DNA of 64,000 nucleotides, taken from assembly GCA_043228905.1 (NCBI GenBank), contig JBHGNT010000006.1, forward strand, positions 13,888,001 through 13,952,000, in the 5' to 3' direction. A model generated the notes under the pieces. That model was not told the origin of the DNA. It made no database searches and saw nothing but the letters and a program-made list of their open reading frames with translations. Of the stretch, positions 1 to 10,103 are shown one piece after another. A program made the position numbers and the translations under genes. Source of the stretch: Azolla caroliniana (Eukaryota > Plantae > Polypodiophyta). Positions within the stretch are counted from its first letter, which is position 1; every line of letters starts with the position of its first letter.

Positions 1-158
1 TCAATTTATATCACAAACTTCACAACCAATGTTATTTTATAAGAAACAATTTTTTAGAAATCATAAGAATTCAAAACACATGATTTTATATTACTCGATT
101 TGTTACAAGCGGAATGTAGTTACACTTAATAGCCAAATATACATTCATGATCACTCCT

Positions 159-2940
159 TTACGGAGAATCACTACTATAAATAATATACAATGACGATTC
201 CTCCTCATCATCCTCGGATGTACCAATCAGTGCATTATCTTCGTCATAAACCAAATGGTTTGACTCTAGATTATATGTAGCAGATCTCGTTTGCCTTTGA
301 CTCGAGCCACCTTGTAGACTTGGTAATTTTTCTTTTATTATATCTATTGTTGACTTCCTTAATTGTCCGGCTTTTGTAAGTGTGAAGTCGTACACGATGA
401 TATCCACATCAGAGATATCAAGGGTCGAGGTGTTACGAATGTTTCACTTCCTCTTCCTACCTCCCCTTCTTGTTTGGCATTCAATCATCTCCAATGTATA
501 CTTACCTGTAAAAGCATTTGCACTTCTAGTGTTGTACCAATGAACATTTATAGACTTGATCGTGTTTTCTATTTCATGCATTAGCACTTCTACAATTTTA
601 CCAACCCAAAATTGGTGGCCATGTGACTTCTCATCAGCCAGCGTTGCAATCAACATCCTCGCGGTGAGCTCTTGCAAATTTCCTTGCCATCTAGCTTCGG
701 CTGCTTTGGTCATCCTTGGTCCCACATAAATGTCTCTTTGTTGTGGATGGACCAAGCTGTCATTAATCGCATTTACTAGTTGCTCCGGACTTCTATTTAC
801 GCGATCATGTTGCAACGACCATGTGAATGGTGTTTCCAAATTCCAATTATCAACAGATACACAATTGTCTATAATTTCTTTCTGATCATTATAAAATACA
901 TCCCACCATGACGTGTCTTGTTGTGCGGCATATTTCTTGGCGGCCTCAATATGCTTTCTTTTTTCTTCTAAGGCTTGGAGCCATGACCGTTTTTGTTCTG
1001 ATACCAAGTCGCTCTGCAACTGTCCTTTCTTCTCAATTGGCATTTGCTTAGCTCCATGGACAATTGTACTCGGCATACAAAGTAATAACTGGCAACCACC
1101 TTCAGGTTCCCATGTTGTAGAAGATGAATATTGTTTGGCATACAAAAGTGTAGAACCACTTATTCCATTTTTCTTTATCAAAAAAATGTGATTGAAACTT
1201 ATATTGTTTAACTGAGCAAGCACTTTAACATTCCCACCACCCCCATCTAATATATATCTCTTAAAGTCATATACCTCCTTCAAGTGTAACACTTTTGGGC
1301 GTGGTGTATAAGCATCACAAATGACATCAAATAGTTTAGGTAAAGTGAAAGCATCATGTCGAGACAATTGTCTGGAGAATGTGCTAAACATTTGATCTAT
1401 ATGGTCATGTGTGTGGCCAACCAAAAGGAAATTGACTTTCACTTTCCTAAACAATTCTAGGTTGACCAACATACTTAGATAGCCAAATACAGTTGAATTT
1501 GTGTTCTCTCTAGCAGTATTGTCCAATTGAATGTATAGAACAGGGGGGAAAGGTTGTCCCCAAGACATCAAAACTCGGTGAATCACTGTAACTGTTAGGT
1601 TAGGGTCATTGTGAACATTGGGGTAAGTAATGAAGACGTGAGGTCGAACAGACCTATTATAAGCCAAGCATCCCACCAAGTGCATTTGAACAAGGCACTC
1701 ATCATTGACATCTTTGGGGAGCCTCCGCATATGCGGCAAGCATATGTATTGTTCGGGCCATGCCATCTATCATTAAGCACATGTATTGTTCGGGCCTCTT
1801 CAAACACTTCTCTCTATGATGCATCGCCTTCCTTCGTTCTAAGGATTGTGCCTCACGATGCTCTTGTAGTAACTTCTTACTCGTATCCTTTTCCATTGAT
1901 GTCTTTGCACCTTTAGCCAAACTTTTAAGATTTGCACAAATGGAGCAATACCCCATACGTACTTTACGAGGAATAATAACATTTGAAAACCGAGCTCTCC
2001 ATAATCTTGTGAATTGGCTATATGTGATCGACTTATTACGTGAGCCCAGCATATCAGATCGATAGACATCATAAACTTCCCGACGTGTATAATTATCAGA
2101 AAGATGCATCCTACCTGTAGTGGGCATTACTTCACAATTTAACTGAAAGTAAGTTTTCATCAAGCCAATAGCTAGTCTTCCAATTGCACCTTTCATACTT
2201 GGAACCGCTTTACAATTGAGCATCTGATCCCCGCTAAGTAGACGTTGTTGTACTCTATGTAGCCGCATGTTACTAACACATAACGCAATTTTGAATGCAA
2301 CTCTACATATATGTTGCGCATGGAAGATATAATACTCGAATGATACTTTGATCCCCGTACATTTGTCAGATACTAGTTGCATACGTGACCCGAGGTAAGT
2401 GTCTTGCTCATCACCGGTCATCGAAAAATAGTATCGCCTTAATTCTCGCAACTTTGATTTTCCAATCATAGACATACAACCACGGGCACAACATATTTTG
2501 TTGACATCAAATCCAATCTGTTTATCTGATGTCACCAAGCTAAATCTAGCTAGACGAATTCTTCGTGGGATTCTTCTAATATGCATAGGGCTCCCAGATT
2601 TCTCTTCCTGCATAGAGGTTGGTGTAACATTGTTACAGTCTAATTCTTTGTTGTGACCATCGCCAATGTTATTCAATGTTTCCTGGGCACTTCCTTCATT
2701 CTCGGTATCTTTATTAATATCGTATTCTTCAATAGAGAACTCTTCACATGTGTCATTATGTACATTCCCTGTAGATGAGCTCAGACAATATTCTTCGATA
2801 GAATATGGTGAGTTGGTCGACAGACAATATTCTTCAATCGAATATGGTGACTCTGATGACAAACAATACTCTTCAGTAGAAAACGATGGGTCTGATGACA
2901 AACAATATTCTTCAATCGAGAACGGTGAATCTTCACTCAT
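159..2940 (-). pseudogene. Sola-like / DUF7869-type DDD transposase, disrupted by a frameshift near 1760 and an in-frame TGA at 444-446
   Basis: ORFs 1702-2940, 444-1766 and 159-407 join into one protein of about 925 aa. Motifs: CCARGC, CRVAF, CSIC, then LMIDGM, IQLDNTARENTN and FLLVGHTHDHIDQMFS (three Asp, typical of this family). Read-through of the TGA stays in frame into NIRNTSTLDISDVDIIVYDF. Confidence 0.75.
2720..2935 (-). repeat. 36-bp coding tandem repeat (S/D-P-F/Y-SIEEYCLS, four copies plus one degenerate) at the transposase N-terminus
   Basis: Seen in translation (SPFSIEEYCLS, PSFSTEEYCLS, SPYSIEEYCLS twice, FSIEEYDI) and in DNA as repeated acaatattcttc. Confidence 0.9.
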
Positions 2941-3002
2941 GGCTTAAGGTCTAGATAGGGCTCTCTAAGTTATGGGCTTAGGGGAAAGAAAAAAACTAAT
3001 AA

Positions 3003-3650
3003 GCTCCTCTCTAAACATATACTCCTCTCTAAACATAAACTTCTCTCTAAACAAAAGCCAAATCAATAGAATGTCTATATTATGTAATATTCTATTAATA
3101 CAATACATCAAAAAATTATTTTTAATAAAGTAATTGTACTTAAAATATCAATTATTATATAAACTAGATCTATATAAAGTTAAATCAAGTAAAATATAAA
3201 ACTAATCATTAACAAGCCATGAATATATTGGATTAATGTTAAAATCATTGGCTAATTAATGGCACCCATTTTGATATTGAACGCCTCACTCATTGGTTCT
3301 TTAATGCTCACCATTTTAAATATTAGACTTATCAATCATTGGTTAATTTATGCCCACATCTTTAATACACAACATTTGAGAGTCATAAAAATTGTTGGTT
3401 TTAGTAATCAATCATTGGTACATTCATGAACCTCTATCATTGTCTCATTCATAACCTTTGAAGTCATTGTAGGTTGTTATGACTATAAAAGATTGATCAA
3501 TATGGTAGTTTGACTTTATAATCATTAATACAATCATAAGTTTCTCTAGTTAATGTGACTATGGTTACCAACTAACTATCCTCAAAGTTACCAACCTTGG
3601 TTAAGGTGACTATGGTTACTTTAACCAATGTGTTCAATCCCTATAAATAG
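3003..3650. promoter_or_regulatory. Putative bidirectional promoter region
   Basis: Three copies of ctcctctctaaaca (3003-3055). Degenerate units of about 45 bp, each starting a(a/c)tcattgg (CCAAT on the minus strand), at about 3243, 3288 and 3334, plus one near 3410. Two copies of gtgactatggttac. TATAAATA at 3642-3649 on the plus strand, followed by a cacagagca-rich leader and an ATG at 3793. Confidence 0.45.
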
Positions 3651-3877
3651 GAAGACCTCGTCATATTTCACTCACAAGAGCGTACAGAGCGTACAGAGCT
3701 CACAGAACGTAGAGAGCACACAGAGCACACAAAGCACACAGAGCACAAAGCACGAAAGCGCGATCTCCGCCTCAACTTCAACACGATCAAACATGTCTTC
3801 AAAGAGAATCGAGCGCGAGGACTCCAGGGAGGCCTCTGACACTGTGGACATTTTTGTAAATATGTTTCGTTTCTCAA

Positions 3878-4362
3878 GAACTCGATACGCCGTATCGAGT
3901 TCATGTATACAATACAAATATTTATACATGAACTCGATACGGCGTATCGAGTTCATAATTTAATTTTGCTTTTTATACAGGAACTCGATACGCCGTATCG
4001 AGTTCCTGTTTAAAGTGTAGGTTTTAAACACGAACTCGATACGGCGTATCGAGTTCGTGTTTAAAGTTTGGATTTTAAACAGGAACTCAATACGGCGTAT
4101 CGAGGTCGTGTTTAAAACCTACACTTTAAACACGAACTCGATACGGCGTATCGAGTTCCTGTTTAAAGTGTAGGTTTCAAATAGGAACTCGATACGCCGT
4201 ATCGAGTTCGTGTTTAAAACCTACACTTTAAACACGAACTCAATACGGCGTATCGAGTTCCTGTTTAAAGTTTAGGTTTTAAATACGAACTCGATACGCC
4301 GTATCGAGTTCCTGTTTAAAGTGTAGGTTTTAAACAGGAACTCGATACGGCGTATCGAGTTC
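3878..4362. repeat. Array of ten 25-bp palindromes GAACTCGATAC-G(C/G)C-GTATCGAGTTC, period 51-52 bp
   Basis: Copies start at 3878, 3930, 3981, 4032, 4083, 4134, 4185, 4236, 4287 and 4338. The 26-27 bp spacers are mostly variants of tgtttaaagtgtaggttttaaaca, in either orientation. Confidence 0.97.
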
Positions 4363-4803
4363 CTGTATATAAGAAGGCTTTGAGAGAGAAAAATTGTATT
4401 TTTGGGGTAACAAATAATTTTGGGATGGAAAAGTTATCAAATTGTCTGGCAAAATCAGTCTTTTTATGTTGGCTTTCCTTACTTTTAAAAAAAACATGCT
4501 CTAATTATAGGTGTTTTATGACCTACTTTAGCTTAAAATAGTAGAAAATGATCCACAAATTGCCTTTACGATAGCAAATTCTCGTCAATATAGGTTTGGA
4601 ATCTATATAAGTCATACCTACTATTTAAAAGAATATATAACCCTTTTTACTTATTACGATATATATTTTCTAGGTTGAATAGCCCTGCCTATAATAGATT
4701 TTTGAATATAGGACTGCTCCTGGGAACTGTTCTTCATGTTAATATACAACCTTAATCTACGTGACTACCTAACTTATGTTTTTGCATATACTTTCTTAAA
4801 TAG

Positions 4804-7800
4804 GTCGTTTAAAAACCTGTCGGACCGACCGGTGAAGAAAATAAAGCTTCGCATACAAGGTTCTCCAATCGAAGCCCAGACCAAGGTAGCTCCTAAGACC
4901 ATGAAGAGAGGAAAAAAGCTTCTCTTTAACGAAGAGACAAAATCTCAGCCCCATAGTGATGTTAGCCAAAAGAAACTTGTCGCCGCTACTGGAGGTGAAG
5001 ACCTTCCTGACCGAGATCTAACGGACAAGGAATGGTGTATGCAATATGTCGACTCAAAGAAAAAAGTCGTATTGTATACAGCAAAGAAGAAGGGTGAGGG
5101 GCAACTTGGAAAGGAAACCCCATTTATGTATGGCCGTATTCTACGATTTGACTACGAAGATGCAGATTCGGCCAACATACTGGTAATGATAGACTGCTCC
5201 AAGGGGGTACGTAAAGTGTTCCTTTTAGAAGACCTTTTAGTAAAAGAATCTTGTGGGCCAGAAGTGTTCAAAAAAGCACTTGATAGCTCACAAAACCTTA
5301 TTGTTACCTTGAGGCCATATATACAAGGCCATGTAACTCTAAGAGATGAAGTGCCCTCCCCATTGAAGCCAACAAAAAAGGTTTCCAAAGTCCAGTCAAG
5401 ACCAGCAAAGAAGAAGACAACGAAAATGTCGGATACGGATTCAACAAGTGAAAACGAAGAGGATAATAAGGGGACGCCAGGAGCTGAGCTGGCCTCGGGT
5501 GTTTTGTCATCCGAGCAGAATAAAATAAGGAGAGAGTTAATGCAACGGAAGCTGGTCAGGAAAGGGCAAGTATTTAATTTACCTATAACACACATCCATC
5601 GGCCCCCTATTGATGAAAAAACAGGTCGAAGACCACTTGAGATTAGAGAGCCTCACCGCATGCATGTTCAAAATCTCAAGAAAAAAATGAAAATTAATCC
5701 TCATGCCACTGTGGTGCCTTTTATTGTTATGGTAGATCCTGAAGAATGTGAAACCATTGAAGATTTTGATATTAGAAAACATGATCAATATAATTATTTT
5801 GTCATTGGTGGATCGCATTCAGCTGAGGCACGTCGGCAACTTGTGAGAGAACATCCAACGACTTTCTTCTTCAAGTATGCCAAGTGCAAAATTTATGTTG
5901 GGCTCACAACCGAAGAGGTTAAGCTGTTGGCATGGGACCATAATAATGATAATGACTATAGGCAGAAAATGTCGTCCATTGAGCGTATACGGTTCTTCCA
6001 CCACGAGTATTTAGACGTGAAACAAAAGTTTGGTGTGAAGTTACATCCAGGCCTTCGACGTCAATGTCTGCATGAAGTCGGCATTGTGGTAGATGATAAT
6101 GTTAGGTCCGATGGTCTTCGAAAGTATGAGTCTTGGTTTCAATTGGCGTTTAGAGATGGAGAAGTATGGGACCTACAAGATCAAATCTTCTCAATGTGGG
6201 AGAATAAGGAGGTAAAGGGTCAACGACAAAAGAAATGTAGGGTTGACCCTCAAGTAGAGTTAAAGTCACAAGCCGCCAAGAAAATTGACTTGACAATTGA
6301 AGAAGCGGCAGACGACATGAAGCTGTCTCTATGGAGAGCGATGCAAGGTATTAAGGACGAGCAGCTTCTTGTGTCGGTTTTGTCAAGGGTTGTGGCGAAA
6401 GATTTAAGCCTTGAAGAAATGGTCACTGAGTTCAATAAGTCAGTCCCTCAAATACTGAAATTGTAGTCTATCTAGTGTAATTCAAAGTTCTAATCTTGAT
6501 TTCTAATTTTACAGTCATAAGGTGTACATGAAGATCCAAGAAGTTATGATGAAACAACTTGGATGTATAACTTGGGAACAAGTGACCGAGGATTATCCTC
6601 TAACGTCTTCGTATAAGGCGTTATCAGAGTATTTTATTGCATTCAAGGATTGGGTTAGTATTCATGGTTTTTCATTACCCTTTCATCATATGTAGAGCTT
6701 GTATAATAATACCTGATGTCCTATTGCTTCCATTAGAAACCGTGTCGAGGCAAGAAACAAGGAGAAGTTAAGGATATACACGATTTCCCTACATCCTTCC
6801 TTGCACATCTCGAGCGAGCCAGAAAAGAAAAGGATCGTCGCTTAGTCAAGGCGTACGAAATGGAGGAAGATGGCTCCTTTAAAAAATTTAGCCACAAAAA
6901 AGATATTATGAGAGATCTTTACTACAATGTGGTTTGCGGTGATGTCATCGACTTGATCCAGAAGGTGCCAAAGAAGGAATATACGCTAATGATTGCGGAT
7001 ATTCCTTACGGATTTCGAATGGCTGGGTCATCATACGACGATGAACCGTTTAGGTTTAAACAATTGGAGAAGATGGTCAAGGATTTCGCTGAGCTAACGA
7101 CCGCATCCTTGTGGCGAATAGTTGTCTTTCATAGTATGGACCAAGGGTACTCGGTAGCTCAAGCTTTGAGATCTCGTTGCCATGGCATCGAGAACCTTGC
7201 ATGGTAAGGATTATTTATAGGTGTCTTTCACTATATTGCATTTCTTAAGGTTGTTGAATCTATTCTTAACTCGATGTATTATTTTTTATAGGATCAAGAC
7301 CAATGTAAATAGAGGGCCAACTTTTCGGTTCGTTAATGCCATTGAATACATAACGGTTGGCTACTTCGATGAAATTAAGAAACAGAGAATCAAAGAGCAT
7401 TCTAATGAAGTGGGAGGTTCAAATCTGTTGGTATATTCAGCAGTGACTCGGAAATTGCGACATGTCACCACGACAGAACGGGGACTTGTCAACCCATACC
7501 AAAAACCTCAACGACTTATGATGCGCTTGATCGAGATATTTTCTGTCGAAGGAGACTGGATATTAGATCTCTTTTCTGGCACAGGTATTCCTCGAACTAG
7601 GGTAACGATCTTGAGATAACCAATCACTTTTTTTTCGTTTGACAACTAAATCTTCTTGTTACTTACATCAGAGGAACTACGTCAGCATGTGCATTGAAGC
7701 TGTTTAGAAATACAGTTGCATTGGAGAAGGACGAGGACCAAGTTATATTTATTAATATGCGGATTAAGGCTTTGTGGGAGTGCCCAGACCAGGATGAGGA

Positions 7801-8026
7801 GGTCGGTGCAAAGAACCTCGCCAATACAGAAAGGTTTCAACCTGCTTCGCGAGAGCCTATTCCTCCGTTAGCCGGCGAACCGGGGGAGCTAATAGAGCTT
7901 GATGATGAGCTTATAGAAGATATTTCGTTGGCTCGGCTAACAGGGGAAACCAATGCATGTATAGCCGAAGACAGTTCTACACAAGATGATGAAGAAAATG
8001 ACGTTGATGAATTGATTGCTATGTAA
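4804..8026 (+). CDS. Spliced gene: ParB/Srx-like domain fused to a beta-class N4-cytosine/N6-adenine DNA methyltransferase (about 960 aa plus an unresolved 5' exon)
   Basis: Exons ~4804-6438, 6515-6653, 6737-7203, 7292-7584 and 7674-8026 are separated by GT-AG introns of 76, 83, 88 and 89 nt, and splicing keeps the frame open. ParB-like motif YFVIGGSHSAEARRQL...CKIYVGLT..LLAWDHN. MTase motifs in beta order: GDVIDLI, LMIADIPYG (IV), W-I-K, NPYQKPQRLMMRLIEIFSVEGDWILDLFSGTGTTSACALKLFRNTVALEKD (X-I-II). The last acceptor needs a GAG rather than the neighbouring CAG. A possible first exon lies at 3793-3855. Confidence 0.8.
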
Positions 8027-9077
8027 TAGACTCTATGAAGAATATGACACTGACGATTTGTTAAGATTTCACATTATTAATACAAATATTTGGTTTTACC
8101 TAGTGGATTCTATTCTTTATAATCTTCTATATGTTTCAATTTTATTTTTATATACTTGATTAGTAGATTTATGACATTGGTTTCACCGCGTGCATAGCTG
8201 ACTACCAAACTTATGGAGAAACATGAACTAGTTTAAATGGAGGCTGATTTTGGTCCAAGCTAACCTTAACAGAACATGGCCCTATAATTGTTGCCATGAC
8301 TGTCCATGTTGTTATTATGGATCTTTGTCTTCTATTGTTAAAACTATTATGTTTCTATTCCATTGCTGCTTAGATTGTGTAGTGTGTTGATAATGGTTCC
8401 AGTTGCGTTATTGTTCGGAGTTTGATCTTGTGTGAATCACCTAAGCAATAGAGTAGACCAATTTTAAATACATGTATGAAAGCCTAATAGGTTTGTTATT
8501 TCCACGACATTATCCTAAAGTTCACTGCCTTACATTGTGCACAATTATATACACATATGGTTTGATCTCATATGAACAAACTGAGGAATAGATTAGATCA
8601 ACTTTAAATACAAGTATTGAATACTTTAATAAGTTAGTTGGAAGCAATCACTTATACTAATGTGCACTATCCTACATTTTCCACAATTACATACATGCAC
8701 GTATGGGTCAAAGTATAAATTATATCTCATTTTATTAGTATGGATACAAGTACACCTCATATTTTTGTAAAACTTACCTAATTAATATAAGTCTTTAAGT
8801 TAGTGTTTCCCTTGTCGCACAGTAGTGACATATTGAGCCATAGTTGAACTTTATTATGCCTACATTAACTTATCAACATGTCTAAACTTGCATGATTTCT
8901 AATGATCTCCACTCGTAGATCTATCATGTATTTTTATATTTGCAAATTCTCATCAAGTTGAGGAACATGTGATACTAGTGCATCCAATTTTTGTAGAGAG
9001 GGTGTATTTGCTTCGTTTTAAGAAGATTCTACAAGTGGAATGCGCAATCCTTCCACTTGTGAACGCGAACGTGTTAT

Positions 9078-10103
9078 ATCCCCGACCTTAACACAGTCGT
9101 TCGGACACGCCCCGTGAAGCTCCTCCGTGGCACGTGTCCCCATGTGTATCTTCCACCCATGCTTGGTGTTGATCGTCCATTTTCCTTTCTTGTAGAAGTC
9201 CAAGGACATCAAGTTGATTTCGGACCCATGGTCCATCAAGGCCACCAACGGTTCTTGGACGTCCTTTATCCGAACAGGGGACTCCATAGTTGCTCTCGCC
9301 CAATGCGGTCTCATATAGTGGCTTTTCGCCAACTCGTCTTCCATGGCCACGTCGTCAAGGTGTGCTTCCCTCACCTCCAAGGGCTTCCCTGGCTCCGGCT
9401 CCATCGAGAGCCGCTTCCGCTTCACCAAGTCCACGATGGAATCATGGAACTCTTTCTTGGCAATCCCCAACACCTCTCTCAAAGAAAACTCCACCTTGTT
9501 GTCGAGTATGCGCTCTTCTAGGACTTTCCGCAAGTCCGTCGCCCTCTCTATTTCCGAACTCAGCCGGTAACCTATCATCTTCAACCTTTCCTATGAGCCG
9601 GACCCCCCGGCATCCTTCTTCTTCGGCACGCTCTGTGTCTCATACCGGTTGGTGGGCCGGCTCCACTCCGTAGTTTTGGTATGCGGCCTCCACAAAACTG
9701 GTATTTTCCTCGACCAGGTCATCCCATCCAGTGACCTCCCGGACTCGCCTTTCCGCGTGGACCACTTCCTCCTCCCTCAGCCTTACCCTAGAAAGGCCTT
9801 CTAGGACAAGTGGCTAGAACCCGGAATCCTTCCCCTTCTGGCCACCCTTCCAACCAGGATGCGAGCCGACGCCGAATAATGGATGGCCTCAGCGTGTTGC
9901 GTCACAGCTTCTTCCATTGACTGCTTCATGCCGCTGCGGCAGAAGTTCAACTTGACAGCTGCCTGTGTCTCACTGGCATACGCCCGGCCATTTCAGAGGT
10001 ACACCACGTTATTTCTGAGTGATTCATTAAATTTTGCGCAGTTCTTCAAGTCAATACCGATGGCGTCGCACCACATGCATGCACCTGTGCTCTATGGGCG
10101 GCC
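9078..10103 (-). mobile_element. Ty3/gypsy element B, distal fragment (Zn-knuckle-like end of gag and aspartic protease), degenerate
   Basis: ORF 9018-9584 has ALMDHGSEINLMS (retroviral protease-like). A CMWCD..G...C knuckle lies near 10040-10085. It continues from the gag fragment at 41638-42670. Confidence 0.75.

Larger units (their letters stand above)
1..9077. mobile_element. Putative large DNA transposon (Sola-like transposase + ParB-methyltransferase gene + palindrome array); left end probably outside the window
   Basis: Divergent transposase and second gene in AT-rich DNA. At about 9075-9078 it abruptly abuts a gypsy protease reading frame (...VKVGDI|), consistent with insertion into that retroelement. 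TIR and TSD cannot be confirmed because only one end is visible. Confidence 0.6.

Noticed and set aside
3628-3963. ORFs 3628-3963, 3668-3904 and 3672-3956 as standalone proteins
   Set aside because: They are translations of low-complexity leader sequence and palindromes; at most 3793-3855 is a short first exon.
3878-4362. CRISPR array (25-bp palindromic repeats with 26-bp spacers)
   Set aside because: Most spacers are variants or reverse complements of one sequence rather than unique, there are no cas genes, and the context is eukaryotic.
4736-8026. Bacterial or phage contamination explaining the methyltransferase
   Set aside because: The frame is restored only by removing four GT-AG introns, and the block is contiguous with plant retrotransposons.
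9031-9078. Helitron 3' end
   Set aside because: No CTRR terminus follows the hairpin and there is no Rep/helicase; the linked enzyme is a DDD-type transposase.
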